Origin: Tubulanus polymorphus
Taxonomy: Eukaryota; Animalia; Nemertea
Direction: 5' to 3'
Length of the DNA: 64,000 bases
NCBI RefSeq assembly: GCF_964204645.1
Contig: NC_134027.1
Span: forward strand, 13,672,485 to 13,736,484
Shown here: piece after piece, positions 1 to 12,400 of the stretch
Layout of the letters: every line of letters begins with the position of its first letter
How positions within the stretch are numbered: position 1 is the first letter of the stretch
Program-made: the position numbers and the translations under genes
Notes under the pieces: model-generated
Databases searched by the model: none
Told to the model about the DNA's origin: nothing
The model's input: only the letters and a program-made list of their open reading frames with translations

Positions 1-178
1 AACTGAAGTAATTGAGGGGAATTAAAATATAGAACTTTGAGAAAATATGACAGATGAAAATACAGTAGTACACAAATCGTTCCTTGAATATTCAAAAACT
101 CTCTTTGAATTATTGGTTTTATCGTTTCTATGGATAGGACATTTCTACTGGATAAATGGTTTTACCTTTCATTTATAG

Positions 179-444
179 GGTTTTATGGAGAAATGTGTGA
201 GAACATATGTGAAAATTTCAATCCTTGTCAACATGGTGGAATCTGTCGTTTTGATAAGCAGTCTCCTCATGGTTATCGGTGCTCATGTAATGAATATCAT
301 AGTGGAAAATATTGTGAACATGTGATCGGCCAGCCATGCCCTAAGGGATGGTACGGATATCCAATATGTGGCCCTTGCAACTGTCCGAGTTCAGGAGGAT
401 TTGCTCCATCGTGTAATACATCTACTGGTGATTGCGTTTGTGAG
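179..444 (+). CDS. CELSR: CELSR exon: EGF repeats (GFYGEMCENICENFNPCQHGG...QPCPKGWYGYPICGPCNC...CVCE)
   Basis: ttatag|gg acceptor, gag|gtaatg donor; CELSR-typical CPKGWxGxPxCGPCNC. Confidence 0.93.
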
Positions 445-3400
445 GTAATGGAATGGAAGGTGGCACTTCTAATATTACGCTTATTATATCAGTCATTTTG
501 TCTCATATATTTTTCTAAAAAAGTTGTATGCCCTTTGAGCACAGGCACTGAAAAAATTCAGTTTAAATTCAACATGATTAAGACAAATGATAGGCAGTAT
601 TTCACGATGGGTCTTGGGAATTATTATGCTGCCATATGCAAATAATGTACATTTTTGGCCTATAATTATAACGTTACGTTGGTGCCTTTTCCTCATTAGC
701 TCTCTACACACTTCAAATTATGTGCAATTTTCTTGTAGCTTGGTTGCTATAATGGCGGTAGGTCCAGGGATGAAATCAAAAATATTGCTTTTCCAATGTG
801 GCTACCAGGGTGGACATCTTGAATTTCTATTTAGTACTCTACATAACATCAAACAACGTGCGATTTCTTATAAACCTAGCGCCATCTAGTTATCTATGTT
901 GTGAAATGCAGAAGTAAAACGCTGAAGTTTAATCCATCTATTTATTGCTATTGTCTTGATTGTGAATGAAAAGCGGTTTTTGAATAGACAAAGGCATGTT
1001 GATATCGATATTAACTGTGAAAGGGCCGGCTACTATACATCCATTCAGATTTGTTATCTACAATGTAGTGTACGCATTTTCAGAAAAACCTCACTCCCCT
1101 TTTGCATACACAACAAATGGACGACGCCTAGTCATATGTAGGATTGTTTTTAAAAAACCGCATCACCGCATCTTTTTGTGCAGAAGGCCCTGACCAGAAA
1201 CAGAATATATTTTTTTTGGCCTAATGTACTAGGTCCATATTTTACACCTGAAATTCAGCTTTCTGGCTGTCCAAAAATTGCTGCCAAGATGGACATCTTC
1301 CATTATATCACCCTGGTAGGTCCACGGATTAGGCCCTCCCATAGTACTCAATCAAAAATAAAGTTTCTTGCTGTTACAATGTGGCCTGATTTTCGAGATA
1401 CGGAACTTTGCCATATCAGAGAATTTTATATAGCATTATCAAAAGATGAATGTAGGTTGTAACTCCATCCAAAAATTGGCCTGTTAATTTATATTTATTG
1501 AATAGATAATTTGTTTCATATAGAGCAATGGTACCTTATGAATTGATTAATTTTTTGAGAATAACTAATGAGATATCAGGTTACTACCATTTTTCAATAA
1601 ATAATCAAACCTATGTGGGGGGGTGCTATTGTTTTTATGGGACGTCGAGGGATGTACATGCAAAACTATAAAGTCTATCCCAGTGGTTATAACTGCCACA
1701 GTTCTTCATAGAGTCTTATCATTATACATTGGATCCATGTGGTTTTTATACACTGAACCCTATGTGTTACTGATATCAGGCGACTACTGAATGCAAGAGT
1801 CAATGATATCCCATCAACTATGAGTTGTTCAAGGCTCATTTCAATAACCATTCTAATAACAAAATCTCTTTGTTCCTGTGGATTTGATTTTTTATTAGCA
1901 TTGGTTGACGTCTATGACGTCATGCCAATGCTAGTAAAATAGATCGAAAATAGTAGTACGAAAAAATAGCGCCGACTCTTCTCATTTTCATAGTAACTTC
2001 AAATTGTCACTCCGTTCACGTAAAACATTAGAAACAGCTGAAAATGACTAAAAAAAATGTTTCAATTATTCCCCACAACATAGCGTCGCCAGATTTCTGA
2101 TTTAATGGTCCAAATGGTTTTTCGGTCGCATTTTTCTCGTTCATTATCTGGTTGATGAGAGCGGGTTAAACAATCGCATAGCGATATGTCCGCATTGACA
2201 TTGGCAGTAAAGAATGGGGAACAGCCTCTTCTGAATAGAAAAACATAAAATTATGTACCTCCGGTTTATAAATATCACTGTGTTTGGATATCACTGTAAT
2301 TCCAACTATCAGTATCTATGGGATTATTTGGGATTAATTCTCAGCGTCAGATTACATACATCTAGAGCAGTGGAACGGTAGCCTACTCGTGACTGAAACC
2401 CGTATGTGATCGTGCGGGAACGCCTTTACTAAAGTTAAAACCATTTCATGATGACACGAAACATCAAACGGTAAACGGTAGGCTACCAGCTACCACCATG
2501 ATACGATATCACCAATAAAGATAGATCATTTTATTCAATTTTACCAGAGTTGTTTATTGGATGAAAATATCATTGTTAAGTAGCCTACGCCGAGAACAAC
2601 CATGTTGTATCATCAATCAGTTGACTGATTCGGCTATATTCTAATATAAGTTTTCACTTTAGGACGCCCTACCCGCCTGCTGCGCACTCATAAGGCGGTA
2701 GCACCCTCTTACGCACTCGGTAGAGATTCACTTTGTAATGCGCGCCGGGGAAAAATACCTTTTATTATCTTTTCCATGCGTTAAACAACAGTGATTGAAT
2801 TTACGCGTTGTTTGTCGTAAATTGCAATATTGCGATGGTTATTTACCGTTGCTGTAGTTTTTTGGAATTGAATCGAGCGGCCTCGGTAGCTCAGTGAGAT
2901 AAGGCGTGATGCTGTTGAATCCACTATCAATGCTGAGTGACAAGTGGGTTCGAGTCCTGCTGGCTGCAAACAGTGTGCGGGCAACACTTCAAAGGCCGTA
3001 CCGTCATCGTGAGGTTAAATGAACAATCCAACCGGAATAGTCTTGGGAAACCAAGATCCAAACGACGTACGTAAAGCCAAACAAACAAACAATCATCAGC
3101 CGGCCTCAGTGACACCAACGCCGGCATCGCTCTCTGCGACGTTTTGCATGCGTACATGCATCAGAGCTTGGAGCTCTAAGATCAGAGGGTCTTGCAATTG
3201 CATTCAGAAAAATCGTTCTGTTTTTGTTTTCATTATTCAGTGAGGCCTAACAGTTCATGCGTGAAAATGGGTTTTTGTATCCAAATCTTGATTGATATAA
3301 ATATCTTGGCTTGGACATAATGGAAAACATCAGAATAAACTAGTTTCGTCTTTTTAACAGAATCGCATTAATGAGGTTTAACAGTACAAATAGCCTAGGC

Positions 3401-6400
3401 TAAATCGTTCGGCAGAAAATAAATTCATTTTCAGGAATAAAATCGTACTAGACAAATAGACCTTTAAGGCCAAAAAAAATTGATACCTTGTTTCTCCGCT
3501 CTGCTGAGCTTAAATGTTGACCCGGCCGGCCGCCTATCTACCCTATACATTACTTTTTTTTAAATCGTGATCAATTTCACCATAACAGACCCGGCCGCTA
3601 TAGAAATGAACTGTTTATAAATTTTATCATATTTTACAAAAATGACCCGGCCGCTGCGGAGAAACAAGGTATCATTTTTGTTTAGCCTAAGTCTGTGGTC
3701 CTCCCAATCAACATCGTCATAGAAGATTTGCCGGCAGATGTAAAACATTATAACCACTTAATACCACAGTATAATCTACCAATGCTTCAAGGCCCATGGG
3801 CCTCTTGTTGTTCCTGTATTAGCCCTGCTACACCATCTACATGAACTGGATTTTAAAAACCCTCAAACTTTTCAAAGAACACCGTTTACCCTTTAAAGAG
3901 AGAACATTGATCTGAAATGTCTGACAATTTTTTCGGGAACAGTATACCAAAATGACAGCCGAAAAATTTGGACATCAAAACAGGCAAAGCTCTTCAAAGT
4001 CTTTTGAAATATGTTTACAAATGACTCATTTACCTTTAAAGAGAGAATAGTGATCTTAAATGTCTGACAATATTTTCGGGAACAGCATTCCAAAGTGACA
4101 TTCGAAAAAATTGGATATCAAAACAGGCAAAGCTCTTCAAAGTCTGTTGAAATATGTTTACAAATGACTATGGGATTGTGGATTTGTTTATTCTCTAGAA
4201 TTATCTCATGAGTTGTATGCTCTTGTATTGTCTAAATAAAATGCTTCAATGTGGAAATTAGTTCTGACATGTTGTAATGTAAACATTGACTTCAATATCA
4301 TGCGAAAATATTCACTCTTTAATGCAACAAGACTTCAAAACTGATTTTTCAGCGCTCGTTTCTATATTTTCTAATAGCAAGTTTGGAAAAGTCTTGTTCT
4401 TTATTCAATCTGGCCTGTAGCCATAGTAAAAGCAGCTGGGACCAGTAAGTCAGTGATGCTCAGTGAGAGCTTAGCCATTACAAGCTATCAGTACATATAA
4501 ATGTCGTAGATAGTGGCTCTTTGTGTGTGAAATACAATGGTCATAACCACTGGGATAGACTTAAGTTATGAGAGCGATCCATCGGTAAAAGGTGAATTAG
4601 CTCTGTCTGTTACAGGTTTGTTTCCATGTTCTTATGTGTAATTGATGCCTATATCCAACCATATACCTGGGTGGTGTAACTAGAATTTTAATTGTGGAAA
4701 TCATCCTGGCCATAATGATGACTGTTAATTCATTGCCTGCCAAAACTGTACTGGTACGGTTGACTTCTTTCTTAACTTTAACGATAGATGGCGAATTCAT
4801 CGCACAACACCCAGTTAGTTTAATGCCTTTACTACTAAAAAAAACTATCATCATTCGTTCAATGCAGTGTGTTAGTGACGTCATCTATTGAAATGGAGTC
4901 TGAACACGCATGAATGGGCATATTTTATGCAAAATACCCCCTCTGCACTAGTGATTGCTGCAGATTTTATCACTTTTAGGAGAAATGCTGCTTATTTTAC
5001 ATGAAAAAGCAAGACCAGATGAACAAAATAAAACAAATTTGATGATGATATCTCTTTTAGTTTTTGTTTTACGAATCTCTGAAAAACACTGAAATCCTGG
5101 CAAAGCGCAGCATTTCCTGAAAAATAGGCCCGGCAGGCAAAGAGTTAAGATGACAAATTCATTGATAAATATTTTCAATATTTAACATAATGTTAGGGCT
5201 GTGTCTGTGTGCATTATGACTTGTTAGTAATTGGTTTCAATTCTTTTTGTGACAGCTTAATCATTATAAACTTCCTGGCAGTAACGAATGTCGGCCATGT
5301 GATTGCTATACACTTGGATCTGTTAGTCGTAAATGTGACCCTCGGAATGGACAGTGTCATTGCAAGGATGGTGTTACTGGACGGCAATGTGACAGGTGCT
5401 ATAGTCGTTATGGGGAAATAACATTACAAGGATGTCAAAGTAAGTTTATATATTTAAATTGCTCAACCCACAGAACATTAAAGGCAGTAGAAGTTTTGTT
5501 GGTTTCTCATGGGGTCAAGTTCAAATCATGACTAGAGAGCTGCCAACTGTTCTGATTTTTAGCCCACTCGGGACTTAAGTCCCAGCGGGCTATTGCGTTC
5601 ACTTTTCGTCCGTCGTCTGTCCGTAGACTGAATCCAGTTATTTTGGGAAGTTTTGAAGACGCTACAATGTACTGTCTTGATATTTGGGTTACACATGTAT
5701 CTACCCTAGGCACATCTTCAGCCCAAAAACTGGCTCTGTCAGAATCAAGATGGCCGACTGGCAGCCATTGTTGTTTGCCAAAATCAGCACTTTTTATACG
5801 TTTTTGAACTTTTTGAGGGAAATTTTGAAGACGCTTTGATCAATTACCTTGATCTTTCGTATTTATTTGAATCCCCCCAGGGCCCATTTTTTACTTCACA
5901 CCATTTTGGCGAGCCACTGGACCATTGATCCTTTATCTTTATCTACTTTTAGATATATATTTTAGGGTAGTATTCAGAGTTAGATTTTTATGGACTTTTT
6001 AGCCCACTTGGGACTTAAGTCCCAGCGGGCTATTGCGTTCACTTTTCGTCCGTCCGTAGACGGAATCCAGTTATTTTGGGAAGTTTTAAAGACGCTTCAA
6101 GGTTGTGTCTTGATATTTGGTTTATACATGTATCTACCCTAGACACATCTTCAGCCCAAAAAATGGCCCTCTCAGATTCAAGATGGCCGACTGGCAGCCA
6201 TTGTTGTTTGCCAAAATCAGCACATCACGTGTTGCTTATGACGTAGAGGGTATAGTGATCGACGGAAGTGCCATTTTTAAAATCGTTGTATCGTGGATGT
6301 TAACTTTAGAGGACCGTACGAAGTCTCTTTAAAGGTGAGTGTCAACATATATGGTGACTTAACCTAATTCTTTGTGAGCGCATAGAGGCCCTGTGAGAAT

Positions 6401-9400
6401 CTAGAGACGTTCGCAGCATTGAAAATTACGCAATGGTCCGCTCGACACGCACACACATGCTGTCAGTTTGACTTACGTGACCAAATACAGCCGCCATGAA
6501 TCGGAAGCAATCCACTTCAAATTAAGGTATTTGGCGTCGGATTCTGTACCGAAAATCCCGGATTGTTACACTGCATAGTTTTTTTAGTAGGGTTCTTTTA
6601 ACATTTTGCCTATAAGCCATTTGATTGACACGTGGGGCGGGGCTTGCGATCTGCCGATGACGTCAGATGTAAACAATAATATAACCACGTGCATCGCGCA
6701 CATGTGTAAACAAACCTGGCAACAAATTAGATTTTTTGGCGCCAAAACTTTTTTGATTTTTTCTTTTGTCCAATGATTTTTCAACTGGAGCCAACTGCTA
6801 TGCCATTAGATTGTACAATCAAGTATTCACGTTTTATAGACTCTCTCTGAAATAATTCTTGTCCAGGGGTTATGTATTGAAATATCTATTGTCGTTGTTT
6901 TTGTTTTTTTTTTAAATTTTTAGGACATAAACAGCCTAGAAGAAACATCATCTGGCAGACACACATTTGACTACAGATCATATCCTGTTGTAAAATGTGT
7001 TTAATAATATTTTACTCAAGTTTTCTTGCCATTAATACTTCCTGACTACTTTTATTTTATGGTTATCTAAGTGCAAGGCAAACATTGGTGGGGTTCCTTT
7101 GGCCCTCCGAATATATAGGACCAAAAGGGGTATTTTATGCCATTTGAATTTATTTTTGCTTAGCAAATCTATTCAAATACTTTTTGGCGGGCAAAATTCA
7201 AATTCTGAAGGGTAGGACTAGTCCAACCCCTAAATCCACTTGCATTCAGTCTCATGAGAACTAACTTAAAACGTTAAAACCTTCACCGGCCTCCTACTCA
7301 ATTTTTTGAATAGATGTAAAACTTATGGCAGAATTTATGGTTGATTCCTCGATTTTTGAATCCCAAGGAATAATTTTTAAATTACGCAATAGGATGACAC
7401 TTGAATAGCCGGTATTCAAATTTTTCCAATCAATGTGGGAGGTGTCTGGGTCTACATGCGTTTCACAAACGAACGTCCTCTTTTAAAGTTTCTTTCTAGT
7501 TGTATATGGTCACCAGGGGGCGTTGAGTATTGAAATTGTTAGATTGTTGAGCATTTTAAACCACTTCCCAAGTGGGCATGGTGTCCCTGGACCCCTAGTT
7601 TGCTTAAGCTAAGTCCATTTTGCTATCACGTATGAAACTTTCATCCTTTGGTACAAAGTAACTTTTGAACAAAGCAACTTTCAGAACATTCAATGCAGTA
7701 ATGAAATCCCTTACCCTATTGAATTTCATGGGAATGTGTTGCTTATTTTTATCTTCAAGATGTAGTCATGAAGGTTATGGGATGGTAGTGAGTCGATGAC
7801 GTCATTTTCGTGTCACCACTTATAACTTGTTGGTGGGAGTTCAGACAAAGATTTGTCGAACGAATAAATACTTTAATCTTGTTAATGCAGAGTGTGAAAT
7901 TTCGCTAGTAGATCATTCCGTTATTGCTAGATAGAAAATAAAGAGTATCATGTCTTGATATTTCAGTTATGTATGTATCTACCCTAGACACATCTTAGGC
8001 CCAAAACTGGCCCATTCAGATTCAAGATGGCCAACTGGCAGCCATTGTTGTTCTGAAATCAGCACTTTTTACACATTTTTTGGCCAGCCGTAGGCTGAGT
8101 CTATCATTATACAAATGGAGTGAATTTAATTGACATGGTTTCCAGAGCTAAGGCCCTTTGACTGTCCAACTGACCATATACTCATACAAATCATACATTA
8201 AAGTCATTATCCATTCTCCAAATCCTAGCGAGCTGAATTTTAAAGGGGGCCTCGTAAAAATTCATATGAACTTTTTGGCTAAAATCTGAACCCAAAAATA
8301 TCGGCTTTTTTAAAGCCAATTACAGAGTTGCCACTTCTCCGGATTTCTCCGGAATTCCGGATTTAAAAAAAATCCAATTTCATTTCCGGATTTTCGGTAG
8401 AAGTCAAATAACCACAAAAGAAAACATCGCGAAAAAAATAAAATCAATTCGGGATTCGACCCTAAACATCAAAACGTAACGGCTCCGTAGAGGGTTCGAA
8501 AAAGCCGTATTGTGCTGCCACGTGGTGGCAACAACCCCGCAGTACACGATTAAACCATAGAACTATAACGGAATAGTTCCGTTATAGTTCCATAATTAAA
8601 CCAAGATGACGCGACGATCGAAATCGACTGACGCTTCGTTTGTTTTTGGCTCTGGTTTATATATGAGGTGTATTTGACGGAACCAATCGCTATTTGAAAA
8701 AATGATCTATACACATTGTTGTTATTGACATATCTTGGAGTGAGTGAGTGTATAACCTTTGAGAAAATGCTTACTGAAAGTTTGAAGCGACAGATTTTCA
8801 TTGGATTGTAATTGACAGACGTGAAAATTTATACACACTTCCGGTAATGAAAGTGAGGCCTATAACGCGTATTGCGCCAGAACGCATCTCCTGGCGTTCT
8901 AATTTCAAAAAATTTTCTGGGGAGGGCCCCCAGACCCTCGACTTATTTTCCGGATTTTTAGCTTCACTTAAGTGGCATCTCTGCAATTAGAAAACAAAGG
9001 CTCCTCTAACATTCGTTAGGGTTAAATCTATCATAAAGAACAGTCAATAATTAGGCCCACTTTATACTCATTCCATTGGGCACATCCATGGATACGTGTC
9101 ATGGACTTCCATTTTGATCCCAATATTTACGGACATAGCAGGGTGACTAGGTTTCCAGAAAAATGGGGATGACTCATGGAATTCATTTCTCTTAATGAAA
9201 ACACAGGGTATTTGCATAAATTTAATAAAACTCTGGAAAACATAATGAAATAGTTTTTATCTTGGATTTTGTGTTTTCGTTGCAAATTGTGTTTTCTTCT
9301 TCAGCTTGCCCCTCATCAGAACTTTACAAACGCATGATCTTCATTTTATTTAATATTTACAGAAAAACTAAATACTTACGGGGCATGAAGGTGAAGTATT

Positions 9401-12400
9401 GTGGTCTCACTGGATAGCCCTGCCTTGCCAAATGTTGGATTTAATTCCTGTTACATAATTTTGGTTAGAGATGAGATGAAAAAAATTTATGTTAAACATA
9501 TTCTTGTGATTCAAATCTTTCAAGTTATCTACACGATGTGTCCCCGCAATTGGATTGATGGAATTCTGTGGCCAAGAACTAACTTCAGTAGTGTTGCTAC
9601 CAAGTCTTGTCCAAGAACATCAATTGGTAAGGAAAAGATTAATCAACAAATTTTTTTATGGTTTATTAGATGTAACCATATAAAATCTATGCAATGAATA
9701 CTTTTGAGCATCATATTAAGCTAGATTTTGGCGCCTTGAATTTTGAAAATGTAACAAATCTGTAGATTTATGATTGTTTTTCTGTACTGATGGAAATTAA
9801 TGGTAACAGCTTGATAATGTTTAATTTTAATGCACAGTGTATAAGTCGTATTAATTTCTTTTCAATACTGGTCTATTTGAATCATCGGGGAGACCCACTG
9901 CCAGGTATGATGAATCAGTGTGTGGTTACTACATGTATAACCCCCCTGAGATCGTGTCAATTGACGGATTTTCATACAAATTTCTTGGTTCAAAGGCCTT
10001 TTTGATTTACTTGCAGCAAAGGATCCTCCTCTGAAATTCTGCCAAAAAACATCACATTGAAAAAAGTTGTTATTTGATCATACTTAATTTTTTAAAAGAG
10101 AAGAATTTTCTTTTTTACATTTCTGTCTTAGTTTTCAATTCAATCATTTGCAAAAGAGTAAGTTTCCTCCCATCATTTGAATTCAATCAAATACAGTTTT
10201 CACTCTTTCTTATTTTCCCCAGTCCTTACAAGATTTTTCATGAATATAACTCAACGAAACAGGAAGCTATGTTCCCTTCTGTTTCAATAGGTCTGTGATC
10301 GTAAAAAAATCTATATTTCATTTTTCCTAAAACAAATTAAAAAGGCATTAGTGGCGTGTAGGCATATGGTCACTGGCTTGAAAATAAGCAAATTTCTTAA
10401 AATGTCGCTGCTGTGGTAGTGAGTTTGGCATAACATGGGCAGTGAATTGCAGTGCCACAAAGAACCCTGTTAAAACTGCTTTGATTGTTTACAAATGAAT
10501 GAAGGGAGGATATATTGCCGTAAAAAGGTTTTTCATGAGGGAAAAAGCCCTGGAAGTGCTTCTCAAATGGCCTTGAATTTTGGTTGTATTGGGGCTATGA
10601 AGCCCAGGCCCATACACAGGATTTTTTTTGGGGGGTTCTACTTGGGGAAAAAAGGGCAATATCACAAAAAAGGCACCCAAGATGGTGGTGTCAGTGGGCA
10701 GTACTGTGTAATCACGCCGCAGGGTGTGAGAAAATTTTTATATTTTATGTGTTTTTAGATCAGTTTCCTGCAATCCAAACCAAACAGGGTGGATCAATGG
10801 ACTACTGTAGCACAACAAAAGCGTTATCCACGAAAAACGAGGGGGGTCTGAGGTTCTTACGCTAAGCCTTAAATATTTAGTGTAATTATAGCAATATATA
10901 TGATTGTAGCAACATTGTATACAAGAAGATTTCATTGGTGCTGTATGATTATTAAAGTGAAAAGTGGAGTCGAATGTTTTTTAACATGGAATCATATTTT
11001 TTACTGTGAAAAGGTTCTCTCCACAGGCAGAGTGACTCGTAGATGTAGCGCAAAAAACGGCTGGTATATGCCTGATATGTTCAATTGTTTATCGTTGAAT
11101 TTAGTCAATTTAAAGAATGAGGTAAGTTGATACTTTCTGAGAAAAAAATATTAGTGAATGTATAAGCCCATTGCTAATGATATTGCCCATTGGCTGAAGG
11201 ACGTGAGGAGTGTCATAGCTCCCATCAGTCTGTTGGTTGGTTCGTAGGTCTGTGTACCCGTAATATACATTTTATGAAATTTTTCTGGACGGAAAGGGGA
11301 AAAAGAAATAATAATCAGCAGAATTACAGGAGAGTTTTTCGACAAAGATGGTATGTTTTACTCAGTGTCTGCCGTGGGCCATGACCTTGTGACATTGGGA
11401 TGCAGCCTTGATCGTGATAGGTTTTTAGGAATGAAATTTTATTCTGCTAAAAATATTAAACCCAATTCAATTTTACTTTATTGAACATTCAAAATATCAA
11501 ATCCAAATTGATTTTGTTTTATTGAGCATATTTCAGAAAATTCAATTATATTCCGCATTCAAATCAATAAGACCAAGGGAAACGAGTCATCTGAGGTATT
11601 TGTTACTGCCAGCTCTTAAAAATACGATTGAACTGTGTATTGACTCTTGAGCGGGGAGTGTATTTTCACAAATATATCCTCAGAATGCATCATTTGCCAT
11701 TTATGAAAAGCCGACAGGCTGGCCATAGTGCCCCTTGGGGCTCTTGTTCTTAATTTTATTGCAAGTATGTACAACCATACGATGAAGGTCGTCGGCCATC
11801 AAAATGACAGTCATCTTGAATTTCTTGTATGCCTTAATTTTCTTGTAAGTCAATGATCAGCTCTGCTGTTTATGAAGTATGAATGTGTTTGTCAGCTATC
11901 TTCAATTTCTTGCTCCTTTTCTGTTAGCTTACCCCGGGGAGATACACCTAGCATTGCCACATCCTTGTCTGATATCTGTCATACAAAAAAATGATTTGGT
12001 TAACTCATGTTGAAAATGCTTCTGTAGGTTATTATGATTATATTGAACCGTAAAATAGGAATTCAAATAATTGATCTGTCAATGGCCTTTTATGAAATGT
12101 TGTTTTGTGGAATGGGCACTTGGTCTTTAATACTGTAAAATTCTTGAAATCTAATGCTGTTACTGTTATATCTTGATGTGCTTCTATTTATGAGGCCGGT
12201 GTTAAATTATAACTACAGTTGATGAAAGTCGAATCTCACAAAATGAAATTTACCACTTATCTTGCTGGACTTCGAGCTCACCAACTGAGAAAGGCGCTGG
12301 AGGATACAAGCATTCTTTATGGCAGTGATATTGATGTTTCATATCGGCTTCTCAAACAGCTTTTGCTTTATGAAAACAGTCTTAGTGGTCTTGAGCTTAC

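Larger units (their letters stand above)
1895..3809 (+). mobile_element. Helentron-associated (HINE/DINE-like) element, family A, copy 1
   Basis: 5' T-run then hairpin agcattggttgacgtc..gacgtcatgccaatgct; 3' subTIR accaatgct with stem-loop aggccc-at-gggcct then cttgtt; homologous to 21166-25031. Confidence 0.75.
1671..4562. mobile_element. Non-autonomous TIR element (AAGTCTATCCCAGTGG termini), host of a nested HINE
   Basis: 20-bp perfect TIR aagtctatcccagtggttat/ataaccactgggatagactt; right part resembles 29290-29686. Confidence 0.7.

Noticed and set aside
2877-2968. Functional tRNA gene
   Set aside because: Anticodon and variable region cannot form a cloverleaf, and the two copies differ by indels
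6584-6784. Duplicated 66-aa ORF (also 50324-50524) as a real gene
   Set aside because: Explained by near-identical HINE D copies; non-ATG start and no recognisable domain
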